From positions 13,736,948-13,800,947 of the forward strand of contig NC_092673.1 in assembly GCF_964355755.1 (NCBI RefSeq): 64,000 nucleotides of DNA, written 5' to 3'. Source of the DNA: Antedon mediterranea (lineage: Eukaryota > Animalia > Echinodermata). Positions 49,956 to 62,528 of the stretch are shown here, in pieces. Position 1 is the first letter of the stretch, and every line of letters begins with the position of its first letter. The position numbers and the translations under genes were made by a program. The notes under the pieces were generated by a model. It had not been told where the DNA came from, made no database searches, and was given only the letters and a program-made list of their open reading frames with translations.

Positions 49956-51179
49956 ATGACAACTTTAAGATCGGGTAAAAATATAGATAAGACTATGTCA
50001 GACAAAGATACTAGGGAAGATATGGTTGACCAAGAAGAGGTTGACCAAGTCAATGAAATATATGATAAAATGGCTAGGGATATTGATTTGCCCGAAATAC
50101 CCGGCGGTATGCCTAAAGATATGATGCTCGAATATTTTCGAATGAAGTTCGAGGCCGAAAACAAAAAGTTAGAATTACAATACCAACAAAACCAATTAAG
50201 ATTAGAAGCAGATATAGAGCAAAGAAAAATTGAATCACAAGAAAGAGTGAAAATGAGGGAATTAGAAAATAGGTCTAGCTACAGTAATGCTAGGAATATA
50301 GTAGATGAAATGAAGGTAAAGGTTCCTACTTTGAAGGAATCAGAAGATATTGATGTATATTTTAGAACATTTGAACACTTGGCAGAAGCCACAGGTTGGG
50401 ATAAGAATACGTGGACCGCTAGGTTAGCACCTGAACTGTCTGGTAAAGCTAGGACAGCCTATGCATCCTTAACCGTAAAAGAATGTGTAGATTATGATAC
50501 CTTAAAGAAGGCAATCTTAGAAAAGTATGATGTGTCCGCAGAGACCTACAGACTTAAATTTAGAAATTCAAACAGAGTTAAAGATATGTCCATCAGGGAA
50601 TGGCTGAATGAGCTCTCCCATTATTTAAAATGTTGGATGAAATGTGCTAATGTAAAAGAAGATGATGCTGCAGGCATTATTGAAATGATTATAATGGAAC
50701 AGGCACTTGGTAAAATGCCTGAAGATCTGAGGCTTTATCTTAGAGATAAACAAGTAAATAAGAGCTATGATATGGCTATGATAGCCGATGATTATATAGC
50801 TAATAGAGGTGGCCGTGGCTATTGGAATGGCGTAAATTCTGAAAATAAGCCTACGTATTATAAGGGCCAAGAAAATAGTAAACCTAAGAATAGTACGACT
50901 CAGAATAACTCTGGAGCTAGGCAGCAAGGATACAATAGGTATCGCGGAAGGGGAGGCAAATTCCATAACTATGGTAGAAATTTCCAACAGAGAGAACCTT
51001 CAAATGAATGGATTAATGGCCTATGCTTTAATTGTAAGGAGAAGGGACATAAAATAGGGGATTGTCCTAAGATGGTAGCAAAAGGAAAGACTAGTGACAC
51101 TAAGAAGGGCCCGAATGTGAAAGATGGCTTAAGATGTGAAGGACTAAAATCAGATAGACCCCAAGTAGTTATAGATTAG
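49956..51179 (+). CDS. gag: Gag (capsid/SCAN-like region + CCHC zinc knuckle)
   Basis: EDIDVYFRTFEHLA..W, LSGKA..Y, YDTLKKAIL, ETYRLKFR, CFNCKEKGHKIGDC. Confidence 0.9.
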   Translation: MTTLRSGKNIDKTMSDKDTREDMVDQEEVDQVNEIYDKMARDIDLPEIPGGMPKDMMLEYFRMKFEAENKKLELQYQQNQLRLEADIEQRKIESQERVKMRELENRSSYSNARNIVDEMKVKVPTLKESEDIDVYFRTFEHLAEATGWDKNTWTARLAPELSGKARTAYASLTVKECVDYDTLKKAILEKYDVSAETYRLKFRNSNRVKDMSIREWLNELSHYLKCWMKCANVKEDDAAGIIEMIIMEQALGKMPEDLRLYLRDKQVNKSYDMAMIADDYIANRGGRGYWNGVNSENKPTYYKGQENSKPKNSTTQNNSGARQQGYNRYRGRGGKFHNYGRNFQQREPSNEWINGLCFNCKEKGHKIGDCPKMVAKGKTSDTKKGPNVKDGLRCEGLKSDRPQVVID

Positions 51180-51196
51180 AAGGACAGGATATAACT

Positions 51197-53341
51197 ATGC
51201 TGAGAGACTCGGGATGTACCCAGTCAGCTGTTAAGGAAAGTCTAGTGCCTAACAAATGTTACTTGCCAGGAAAATGGGTTACGTTAAGAGGTATAGGAGG
51301 CGATATTACCGTCCCCTTAGCTGAGGTAGCTATAGAAAGTAAGATAGTGACAGGAAAAGTGATTGTAGCCGTAATCGAAGGATTACAGAGGGACATGTTA
51401 TTGGGTCATGATTTGGACCAAAATTGTGGGGAAACAATGGCTAAAGAAATGTTCGTCCTAACTAGGGAGCAAGCCAGAATAGAAAATGATGTTAGAATAC
51501 AAGACGAAATGATATTGTTAGGGAAAGATAGTAACTTTAAGCCGATAGAAGAGCCGCCTAAAGAAACTAATGTACAATTGTTGAAAACAGTAGTAAATGA
51601 CAACAAAGTAAATAAAACTAAGTGTTTAGATGATATGAATGGAACAGAAATGAATAATTTGTTTGACGAAAATGAGGATAAAGCTAAAGATAAAACAGTC
51701 AAACATAAAACTTATGAACAACAGCACAAGCTGAACCTAACTAAACAAGAACTGATCAAATTGCAAACTAAAGATGACTCACTCAAAGGAGTGTATGACA
51801 GGGTAGTCCATATAGAAGAAATAGGTCAGCATAGGGTATTTTTCTTTATGAGACAAGGTATATTGATGAGAAATTGGAGTAGTATTAAAGATAAGAATAA
51901 CCAAGTGGAACAGATTGTATTACCCACTCAGTGTAGACAGGGTGTATTACACTTAGGTCATAATGTGCCATTTGCAGGTCACATGGGTGTTGAGAAAACT
52001 AAAAGTAGGGTCCTGAACCAATTCTATTGGCCAGGTATATTTAAAGATGTGGTAGTCTATTGTAAAGTCTGTAAGGAATGCCAAAAGGTAGATAAGGGTA
52101 AAAGTAAAAGGAAACATACTTTGATACCATTACCGATTATAAGTACACCATTTAAACGTATAGCGATAGACATTGTTGGACCCTTATCTAGAACAAGCCA
52201 TAATAACAAATATATGCTTACTATAATTGACTATGCTACGAGATATCCGGATGCTATCCCGTTACCCAATGTTAGAGCTGAAACAGTAGCCAGGGCTCTA
52301 ATAGAAGTCTTTACTAGAGTAGGATTACCCGAAGAGATTGTACATGATCAAGGAACTAATTTCATGTCTTCAATTATGCAATCTATATGTAGTATGTTGG
52401 GGATTAATCAATTAAAGACTACAGTGTACCACCCCCAAAGCAATGGGCTTGTTGAAAGATTTCACGGTACATTGAAAAATATGATAAGGACATTTACAGT
52501 TAAGCAAAGAAAAAATTGGGATAACTACATACCCCCCTTTCTGTTTGCATACAGAGAAGTTCCTAGTAAAGCGACGGGCCATTCACCTTTTAAATTGCTT
52601 TATGGTAGAGAGGTGAGGGGACCCTTGAGTTTACTCAAAAGTAATTCGGTAGAAGATGAAGAAACATCTACTGATGTTATCAAATACATGTTAGACATAA
52701 GAAAAAAAATGGAGGAATTAATGAAAGATGCTAATGTAAACAAACTTGAACAACAAGAAATTATGTCCCACAATTATAACAAGAATGCTATTGATAAAGA
52801 ATTTGTAGAAGGGGACAAAGTGTTGATATTCCTTCCAGTAGGAAATAGTAAGTTAGACAGTAAATGGCAAGGCCCCTTCACTGTTACAAAAAAGGTCAAT
52901 GATGTAAATTATGAAATATACATAGGAGGTAGAAGAAAAGAAAAACAAATTCTACATGTTAATATGTTAAAGAGATGGTATGATAAAGTAGAAATAAGTA
53001 AAGATGGTTATTATGTAGTAACAAATGTTCAGTCGATAGAAGAAGTAGACTTAAATGAAACAGTCCATGACAGTGAGTTAGATAGTGAAATAGACATAGG
53101 ATTGTCTTATCATCAATCACAAACATGGAGAGATGTTAACGTTAGTAGTAATTTAAATGATACACAAACTAAACAATTAACAGAATTGTTAAAGTACCAA
53201 CAGAATGTATTCTCGGATGTACCAGGTAGAACTCACTTGGTGACACATGAAATTAAGACTAATGGTGAAATGCCTATAAGGCATAGGGCATATAGAACGC
53301 CCCAAGCATTAAAGGGTAAATTGAAAGAGGAATTAGATTAA
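51197..53341 (+). CDS. pol: Pol part: aspartic protease, integrase, start of RT (truncated by deletion)
   Basis: LRDSGC protease; H..GHMG..C..C zinc finger; IAIDIVGP, HDQGTNF, PQSNGLVERF; WQGPF; then VFSDVPGRT..HEI at the RT start. Confidence 0.9.
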   Translation: MLRDSGCTQSAVKESLVPNKCYLPGKWVTLRGIGGDITVPLAEVAIESKIVTGKVIVAVIEGLQRDMLLGHDLDQNCGETMAKEMFVLTREQARIENDVRIQDEMILLGKDSNFKPIEEPPKETNVQLLKTVVNDNKVNKTKCLDDMNGTEMNNLFDENEDKAKDKTVKHKTYEQQHKLNLTKQELIKLQTKDDSLKGVYDRVVHIEEIGQHRVFFFMRQGILMRNWSSIKDKNNQVEQIVLPTQCRQGVLHLGHNVPFAGHMGVEKTKSRVLNQFYWPGIFKDVVVYCKVCKECQKVDKGKSKRKHTLIPLPIISTPFKRIAIDIVGPLSRTSHNNKYMLTIIDYATRYPDAIPLPNVRAETVARALIEVFTRVGLPEEIVHDQGTNFMSSIMQSICSMLGINQLKTTVYHPQSNGLVERFHGTLKNMIRTFTVKQRKNWDNYIPPFLFAYREVPSKATGHSPFKLLYGREVRGPLSLLKSNSVEDEETSTDVIKYMLDIRKKMEELMKDANVNKLEQQEIMSHNYNKNAIDKEFVEGDKVLIFLPVGNSKLDSKWQGPFTVTKKVNDVNYEIYIGGRRKEKQILHVNMLKRWYDKVEISKDGYYVVTNVQSIEEVDLNETVHDSELDSEIDIGLSYHQSQTWRDVNVSSNLNDTQTKQLTELLKYQQNVFSDVPGRTHLVTHEIKTNGEMPIRHRAYRTPQALKGKLKEELD

Positions 53342-53351
53342 AAAAAGATTA

Positions 53352-53955
53352 ATGGATAAGGTATTACAAGGTACTGAGGGATATGCTAAGGCATATATAG
53401 ATGACATATGTATTTATAGTCAAACTTGGAAAGATCATATTTTTCATTTGAATGATGTATTAGAAAGATTAAGTAGTGCTGGATTGACAGCAAACACTTT
53501 GAAATGTAAAATTGCCTATGCACAGGTAGAATTTCTGGGGCATAAGATTGGTAATGGAGAAATTAGACCCATGATTGATAAGGTTGAGGCTGTGGAAAAG
53601 TTCTCCAGACCTTTGTCTAAGAAACAAGTCCGATCATTTCTCGGATTAACGGGCTATTACAGAAAATTTGTACAGAACTATGCCGATATTGCTAAGCCAT
53701 TGATTGATTTAACTTTAAAGAGTAAAAGTAATACCGTTAAGTGGAATGAACAATGTGAAAATGCCTTTGTAACTTTAAAGAAACGATTTTGTTTATAGAA
53801 TTTCAAGTTCATACTGACCACCAGGCATTGAGATGGATGGACTCAATGAAGGGTGCCAATGTTAATGGGCTCTGTTTTTACAAGGATATAAATTTAAAGT
53901 TATTTACAAGAAAGGATCCTTAAATGGAAATGCAGATGGATTAAGCCGTGCATAA
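53352..53955 (+). pseudogene. RT remainder and RNase H C-terminus with deletions
   Basis: AYIDDICIYS, FLGH, VRSFLGLTGYYRKF; then FQVHTDHQALRW and NGNADGLSR; the RT N-core and most of RNase H are absent. Confidence 0.85.
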
Positions 53956-54057
53956 AAATATTATAGAGGTGTTATTTGTAGATAGTTTAAAGTAAAATGG
54001 TTTTAAATGTTAAAATTTTTGGAAAGATTGACACAATCTTTTTCCCAAAAAGGGGAA

Positions 54058-55032
54058 TGTCATATTATTTATGTTCTGATTCCCTGTGTTTAGATAAGGA
54101 TGCTTTAGACCAGGTCCGCCTAATATTATAAAGAAAAGTCGACAAGGTGTTTGCGTAAAGTTAATAAGTTTGATGTGCCACGATGTCGGACTAAAAGACT
54201 TGCTGCATCATTTCGAAGAGTATGTTCTATTGTCTCTTTGTCAAGTGGTTGTTTTATGCTTTAAATTTTTTTTTTTAACTATTTATGGGACTATAAAAAT
54301 GTGATTTATAAGATTCAATTTTTTAAATTTGTAAATATAATATAAGAATTTGTAATTATTAATATCATCCTTTGAATTTGAATTTTGTGCAATTTTTATT
54401 GTACTTTTAGTTTAATGAATTTTACATATATTTTATTGGTGTATAAAAATAATGTGATTAATAATATTAGTCTCTATTTTTTTAAATTGTAAATATTTAA
54501 GAATTTGTGCATTTTTTATAGTAATTTTAAGTTTAACGAATTATACAGTAATTATTACTGTTTCATAGGCTTTAATGTGTTTTTTCTTCGTTTAACTTTG
54601 TTTATGTGAATTATCATTTTCATATGTAAGCTCTTCATTTCAACTATGAGTAGTATTTTGAGTCTTTTTATACCGATTAAATAAATAAAAATAAAAATTA
54701 TCAGCCAATCAAAATCGTATAAATTTTGGAGGGAAAATGTTATCCTCCTCTGAAGCCTAAAATTTGCATGTCCAGTATAAAAGTAGAATGTAATAGATAT
54801 TAATAAAGAAGAGAGAATAAGATCAAAGTAGATGTACGGAAAGATGATAAAGAAAATATTAAGGCTTGACTGGTAGTGGTAGAAAGATGTATTAATCGAG
54901 TTACAAGGAATAAAAGTTCTAGTTGAGTTAAATATACTTTTTGTATGAGTTATCATTCAGTGACAGCTGTGTACGTCGCGTGGAGTTATATACGCCTGAG
55001 AAAGCTCGGAACCAACTAAAATATTCACTACA
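54058..55032 (+). repeat. 3' LTR interrupted by insertion
   Basis: 54058-54129 plus 54702-55032 reconstruct the 5' LTR with very few differences. Confidence 0.95.
54130..54696 (+). mobile_element. 5'-truncated LINE 3' end inserted in the 3' LTR
   Basis: KFDVPRCRTKRLAASF C-terminal motif, T-rich 3' UTR, A-rich tail, ATTAT on both sides (54125-54129, 54697-54701). Confidence 0.7.
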
Positions 55033-56572
55033 CTCTTGCAGTTGCTGCAGTTCATAAAAACCTTTCCCAAGAGCACAAATAGCATTAGGCGTCATGTCAA
55101 AATGTTTCAAAACGATAATTATGCGTGAAACGCGGTTCAGATTTCTTTGACCGTTTAACGCGTTACACGTCTTAATCAAGCTCATTAATTGTACTCATTA
55201 ATTGTACTCATTAAATATTCAAAGCTTAGGACCGCCTACTATTACGTCGGTAAAAAAGACGCGATTAACGCGAACATCGCGGTTCAATGTCGAACACAAC
55301 GATAAAAATGTGTTTATTTTAGGGTCAGGTCCTATGACAACAAAGAAATCGGCTGATAATGTAGACCTATTCCCCGGTCTATACATATACTGTCGTGTAC
55401 GTATACATACATAAAATAAATGGGGAAACCCCGTAGGCTTCATTAGCCTATACTGTACCGTATACGTTTTTTTTTGTATAGCCGAATATAATACTAAATA
55501 GCTTGATTTGAATGTTTAGGAAGATTCAGTATTTTAGTTCTTTGAAATGTATGCATTGTTTATATGTTAAGTGTGTCCTTATTTTATGATTGTCATCATA
55601 AAATACTTCATTAATTTATATTATCAATTCAGTCAATGTCACATGGTCGTGGGCATATTAAGAAACGACATTGTTTTGGCCATGTGCTCCGACGATCCAA
55701 AGGATCGGCAGAGGACCGTTTCCTTAAACGTTCTTCCACCCTATGCATATTGTGTACACGTGCTCTGCCGTGGATACAAAGGACTGTTTTGTTTTACGCG
55801 CATACCTAGCAATAACAGGCTCTTCCTTTAAATGTTCTTCCACCCTATGCATATTGTGTACATGTGCTCTGCTGTTTATGAAAATCAGATTTATACAAGA
55901 TTTATTTAATTATACTATACTATACTGAAGTTGTTTTTCAGTAGGGTGATAAGTAGGGTGTTTCGTAGTTATTCAATTTTAGAGAACAAAGCTAGAATAG
56001 GCCTAATAAACAACAAATAAACTTGAAATGTATGCTATATAGGCCCGTATATAGGCTATTCATAATAAAACAATTGAAAAAACGAAAATCCATCAATGTT
56101 CCCCATTTATTTTCCCAGGGTCAAAGTGGTCAAAATAAATACAATATTTACAATATATATATATATATTCCTTCATATGGTAACTAAAACATACTCCACG
56201 CACGGAGGACCCAAGATGTAATCGGGAATAACTACCTCCCAACTCATGGATGTACTATATTCAGTTCCGAAGCAAAAGCCACACGCAAATAATATTGTTT
56301 TTAAAAGATAAATAAAACAAAGCATATTCGAATAAAACAATAGTAGGCTACTGTCTTTGCTTTGTTGACTAATTTAATACGCCTTGGTGGGTTGCCTAAA
56401 CGAACAACATGGTAGGTGTAGGCCAGCAGCATTCAGCAAGCTTTTTGACCCATTAAAAAGACATTCTTAAGCTTATTGGCCACGTTGGCCCTAAAAAAAA
56501 AATTAGTTATCAACTATCGCCATCCAACTAGTTAAAATAATATTACAATTTAAAATAAATAAACGAATTAAA

Positions 56573-57000
56573 CTAGACTTGAACTCGTTAGGCCTACTTT
56601 GACGAGTTAGTTATCCGCACAGCAAAATCCACTTGCACGTCATTACGTTACTTACTTTAGAATATTGCGCACAGAAAAAAAAGTATGCCATTATAGAATA
56701 AAATAATATTTTGTTGTTATATGGTGAATTCTGTATATTTTGGGTCATTGTACAGTATACACATTCATGGGTATCACTTTTTATTCGGAGGAGCTATAAC
56801 AGATTAAAATTGATTGATTGATAAAATACTGCAAAGATAAAAATAGGTGACCCACATCATTCAATTTTTTTGACGTGATGACGTTATCAAATAAAAAATA
56901 AATGTCACCTTCCGGAAAGATAATGGTCTAAGCACACTGACATCGCGAGATTCGCGTAAATGAATGTGAAACGTAATGACGTGATCGCAAAAAAAACGAC
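56573..57000 (-). mobile_element. Diverged family A Helentron 3' end, reverse orientation
   Basis: CTAGACTTGAACTCGTT..TTTGACGAGTTAGTTATCCGCAC is the reverse complement of the A tail; inner boundary approximate. Confidence 0.75.
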
Positions 57001-58355
57001 ATTTTTTGGGGATTAAATAAGGGGACAATATTTTGTTTACAAAAAATAACAATTATAATAATATTAAAAGATGCAACCTATGTCTACAAAAAAATAGTAA
57101 GTTGACATTTCACTTAACCAAAGAAATGAATTAATCAGCATAATGCAGAATAGATGGACAATATAGGTACTTATAGACACAAAAGACTACTAGCCAATGA
57201 ACAATATGTGGATGCTTGCATAAATTAACTACATAAACAGTCTCTTCCTGTGCACTATTAAGTATTATTACATTGTGCAAAATGTTTAACATTTTAACTC
57301 AGCAAATTAAAATAACGGTCTTTTTTATTGGCGCAGAAAAGGGTACTCAAAATACAGTATAAATTTGAATACTGTATTTTATCCACAAATGAGGTTTGGA
57401 AAATACGGTATACAAAATACGGTATACAAAATACGGTATATCTTTTGGATCGCCGTTTCCGCTGCCAAAAATATACAGTAACGTAAATGCGGTTTATATA
57501 ATACAGTTAAAAAATGTTGCTCTGTTTTTGTATCATGCCTTCAGTATTTCAAATCAGGGAGATGTAAAATCTCCCTGATCAAATCACGCAGATTATTATT
57601 ACCTTTGATTCTTTATTGGTATTATTATAGAGTAAGTTCATCGTCAAGTTTCTGTTAATAATTTTCTCATTTTTGTATAGGACTATGTACAACAGTACAA
57701 TGGGTACAGGTACATGGAGGTATAAAAATATTGTTATACCTCCATGGATGGTACAATCATTGTTTAAAAGTGAAAAAAACATCGGTTCATTTTTTTTGTA
57801 TATTATGATGCTTTAGTTTTATTTCCTGAATGTAAAAGCTGTGCTATTTTACGAATTCCTATTTTAACCACCACATATTATTCATGGATCAATAAATAAC
57901 AAAAGCTTCAACAAAACAATGCTTTGCAATTAGGGCCATCAATGGCCGATGTCGGCATTTAAGATACATCGAAAGAAAACAAAAATAAGCAAAATAATTA
58001 TATATTATTATAGATACTAAAAATGTTTAATAAAAGTTTTGTTTAATTTCAATTGGTGGTTTCTCATCTTGTCTTTAGTATTGTTTGGGAAAAAATAATT
58101 AATAAAAAATGTTTCTTTATTTGAATAAATCGTTCGGTATGGAATATTTTTAAAATACATTAAATCTTAAATCTTAACATGAAATATATGTTTAGGCCTA
58201 TTTTGCATATATTTTGTTGGTGGCCTAGCCTAGATGTCTTTTTTTTTAAATATAATTCGCTAACCCAACCTCTCCGCGTGAGCTAAAGGCCCCTTTCCCA
58301 ACGGGCCCGATGTCGTCTCGTCGACGGATGACCGGCCAAATTAGGTTAACCTAAC

Positions 58356-58385
58356 CATGGAGTAAAGAATATTCTTTACTCCATG
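58356..58385. mobile_element. 30-bp palindromic micro-element with 7-bp direct flanks
   Basis: ACCTAAC-CATGGAGTAAAGAATATTCTTTACTCCATG-ACCTAAC. Confidence 0.7.
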
Positions 58386-60479
58386 ACCTAACAGCATAGG
58401 GTGGCTACAAAAATTGACGTCTTCTAGCTTTAGATAGGATTTTAAATAGCGAACAATACATTGTTGTTTGCAATGTCCATGCTTCTAAAGGCGATAACAA
58501 TGGTGTTTACTATTCCCTACGCACCACCCTATGATCGACGCGTAGATAATTTATTAATTAGGATTATTAAAGACTGTATGCAAAAGCATTACAAAAAAAT
58601 ATTATAACAGTAGAAATTGAACTGTGGTAGCAGTAGAAATTCATTTTCTTGGTTAAGTTTTGACAGTAGTTTTAGTATAAAAACGTGGGCAGTGGAGTAT
58701 CAATCATAAAAACGACTCAATACTCCACCTATCAACATCGCACTATAATGGCACTGCGGCGGGAATGATGGGCTGCCAAGAGTGATCGGCTTTTGTTGTT
58801 TACTGAGCGAACTTTAAATAGGTATTTTATTTGTATTACAGTTGCATTTTACAGTTATTACACATTCGGCTATCTGCGATTTCATTGTTTTTTAGGTTAA
58901 TAATTGTTATGTATTATGAGATCGCAACGCACCTTAAATCAAGGATAGGTTCAGCGTATGTACGGCCTAGCGGCAATCGATTGACAACGTACCAACTTAC
59001 TTTTACGATTTAGTTTTTTGTTTTTTTTAAACGAAATATACGCGTGTAACGAAAAAAACGATTTATTATTGTTATGTTTAACGCGTTTATGCAAATATTT
59101 AGTCAAGCATGCAGTGGGGGCGGGACTAATATCGAGGCTGTGCATATTAGCGTTTTTCACGTTGTTTCACAATTGGAAGTCACGGTCAAGTTTAAAGAAC
59201 AAAAGAATACGCGTTTCACGCATAGTCATCGTTTTTAAACATTTTGACATGACGCCTTAGTAGATTGCCTTCTGTACCTGTAAATGATGCATTCATGGTC
59301 ACATTCGATTTAAGTATGTTGCAGACCATAAGAACAAATGGTAGAAGAGCACAAAATAGTGTAACTGTAATTTATTTTACTTTTGCATCAATTTTTAGTG
59401 CAGGAGGAAATTTCTTTCCTTTTAAATTCAATGCATACTTTTGTTGAATTATTATTTCCACAGCAAAGAATACAGCCATTTGATGTATGTGCTATATTCT
59501 GGTAAAGATATCTCACTTGTCCAATAAACCAAATAGCGAATTAAATATGTATTTTAGTTCATGTACCATTACAGATGATAAGATTGAAAATATTAGGTTT
59601 GAGCTGATTCCATTCCAACTTCACTATTTAATGATGAGAATGATTTTGGCAGAAATGACTTCACTTCACTTGAAAGCTGTGGTGCAAATTCCTCCATTCT
59701 TGAAACTGTCGGATATATGCACCATAGTGATGAAGAGAAAACTGTTCACATGGTGTGCCAGTTTACTGTGTATTAAAATATTGTAACTTTGTGACTTTTA
59801 CACTATCACACTAAATTAGAGATTATGGACACACAAGGTTTTTTGGTTTAATACAAATTTAAATAATGTTTGGCTGTTTCTAATAGTGATTGGTCTCTTA
59901 AATGTGAATGTTACACACAATGTAACTGTTCGTATTGTTGTGGATCCAGTGGTTAGTTAGATTATAATAGATAAAATACCAAAGAGTAATTAGCAATAAA
60001 TTTAAATTTAATTTAGGAGAAGTCGTGAAGGAGAGAATAAGATAAGCCATTTCAAAAGATCAACAACGTCTACTAAAAAAATTTTTTTTTTTCTTTTAGA
60101 TAAAATATTGAATCTATTTTTTAAAATCATAACGTTTTTGACACAAATTGTGATTCTATTCTCAATACTGTATAAGAATTGAAGCAGAATTAAGTACTGT
60201 AGAACAATTCACACCTTTGTCAAGTCAGTCAAGGTTTGTAAGTTTGGTAGATAAATATATAATCTTTGTTATTGAACTTATAATTGTAAATATTGGTGGA
60301 GACTTCAATTAGAAAAAGGTTCATTGTCTAAAATTATCAAAGTTACTAATCAATAACAATAATATAGATAAAAGATGAAAAACCCTACAAGAATAGTAGC
60401 ATCACAACAATCTCTGTTTTATGTATGATTTCTATTATTCTATGTTATATATTTCCAAAAAAAGGGAGATTAATTAAAA

Positions 60480-61170
60480 TTAATTATCGGTCCATTATTA
60501 TTTTTAATTTTTATTTTTAATTTTTATTAATGATAGGCCATCAGTATGTAATTGTGCTAATATAATTATGTTTGCAGATAATACAAATGTATTCTTACAA
60601 CACAATTGTATAACTGATGCAGTACAAATAACGAATAAGGAACTCCAACGTTTTAAATGAATGGTTAAAAATAACAAACTCACTGTAAATACAGATAAAA
60701 GTAAATACATGATTTTTAATGGAAAAAATGTCACTATAGACACGTCCAACATAGAAATTTAATGATCGGTCATGATACTATTGATAGAGTCAATAAAACA
60801 TAAAGTTCTAAGTTTTATTGGTGTGGAATAGATTATAGGATGAGATAAAGGACTGTACAACTATCTACTCCTTCAAATATAAATTAAATAAGAAGTACAT
60901 GGTTGGTTATAAAAATGAAATGGTTTGGTGCTCAAACAATTGTCAAATTTGTATAATATTGCTCACTGACTGTGTACGTAAAATCTTTTATCAATCCTAT
61001 TGTTCCGAAAAACTAATTGCTCCTTTTTGTTTTGTTTTATTTTTCATTGTTTTTATGTAAGGGCTCTGCATGTAAAAGCTTGCTTATTAGCAGAGTGCCT
61101 ATTTCACCATTATTAAATGAATTGTTACAATATGTACAAATTTATGTGAAATAAATATTACTTGAACTTG
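60480..61170 (+). pseudogene. Old CR1/L2-group LINE 3' fragment
   Basis: NIIMFADNTNVF (RT FADD-like), KSKYMIF, 3' stem GGCTCTGC..GCAGAGTGCC, AATAAA and ACTTGAACTTG tail. Confidence 0.6.
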
Positions 61171-61599
61171 GAAGTCCTAAATGTTATTTTTAAAACATTG
61201 AAATATTATATTAATTATAATAGATTAGATTATTTGATCTTGAAGTTTTAGAACAGAAAGAAATTGTTTTCTGCAAGTTTTTTTTAAGAAGTGATAAAGA
61301 AAGAGTGAGTCAGCTTTGCGTTGAAATTCAGCAAGATCTTTATATATTCTCTTGGAGTTTTAGAAACTGGATGTCTTAATATTAAAGAAACAAATGCCAT
61401 GCATATGACAACGTCAAATCAGATCAATTGGCCCCCACTTACTCTCTTGAAGGTATCAAACTTGGTACAGTAAGTTCTAATAAGTATTTAGGATTTACTG
61501 TCTCTAGCGACCTTACTTGGACTAACCATGTAAACACCATTTCAAATATGCAGCGGGGGTAGCGGCAGACTCACATTTTCATTGACTTTAGGTAACCCT

Positions 61600-61970
61600 C
61601 CACACCATCATATAGTTAGATATTGGTACCTAGTTCATCTAAACAAATTTCTGTGGGCTACCATTCTATATCAAACATTATATGAGAAGTTTTCATAGCA
61701 TTATGGATGCACTACATCCAATTTTTGTAACTATGCCTAGGAAGAAAGAAGATTGGATCTAATTGCAGACGACTCTCATCGTCAATGGAATGTCTCTAAT
61801 TGCATTGGCTGCTTGGATGGAAAGCATGTAATGATAGAAAAACCTCAAGGAAGTATATATTATATAACAGTTACCGTAGCTAATCATTGCTCTGTGTAAT
61901 GCCAATTACTCATTTACATGGGTCAGTTTTGGTGTTGAAGGGCATGCGAATGATGCCTCTATCTACCACC
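61600..61970 (+). pseudogene. Harbinger (HARBI1-like) DDE transposase fragment
   Basis: QWNVSNCIGCLDGKHVMIEKPQG and IIALCNANYSFTWVSFGVEGHANDASIY. Confidence 0.8.
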
Positions 61971-62408
61971 TTTAAGTCATTTCCAAAGTCATCAACCATC
62001 GGTTCAGTGTAAAACAGTTTGCATTGGAAAAGAGGTAAAAACGGTCAACACTACGATGGCAAAACCAAGTAGAAAACCAGTTAAAAGGGCTAACAGACAG
62101 ACAGAAACAATTTTCAAGGTCAATGGAAAACCAAATTGTTAATGCACCAGATGAGAGAGCAAAGAAAGCAAACATACTCATTTTCTACCTGCAGTTTGTG
62201 TAGATTTGCAAGAAGGTATATTTGCAGTTAAACTGGATAATTGGTCGAGACACCAAGTTGTATTGTGAAGTAGACGAATGATGCATGTCATCAAATGTAC
62301 AGTGGCAAAACATGGTTGGAATGCAACCATCTTAATGTCTCTTGCAGGAAGTAAACCACAAGTGCAACAGGCATGTTTGTCCAATGAAAACCTAAAAAAG
62401 ATGTCTCA

Positions 62409-62492
62409 ATGCACAAATTGTACACAGATGAACTCAGCAGCAACGTGTTCAGTGTCTATCCCACTATCTCTCTATTGCAAAGAGTTGTAGTA

Positions 62493-62528
<36 letters not shown>

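Larger units (their letters stand above)
49006..55032 (+). mobile_element. Gypsy LTR retrotransposon, Gmr1-like (PR-IN-RT order), internally deleted
   Basis: TG..CA LTRs, TSD CTCTT (49001-49005 / 55033-55037), PBS, gag, pol and polypurine tract AAAAAGGGGAA (54047-54057). Confidence 0.95.
55088..59256. mobile_element. Non-autonomous PIF/Harbinger-type element with nested small inserts
   Basis: ~48 bp TIRs GGCGTCATGTCAAAATGTTT..GCGTGAAACGCG; TTA TSD (55085-55087, 59257-59259); removal rejoins the tandem-repeat unit. Confidence 0.85.

Noticed and set aside
48928-54956. Twin 133-134 aa minus-strand ORFs (48928-49332, 54555-54956)
   Set aside because: Antisense readings of the two LTRs that run into unrelated flanks.
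62178-62384. Cys-rich minus-strand ORF faintly like a RING finger
   Set aside because: Ligand spacing is incomplete; too weak to call.
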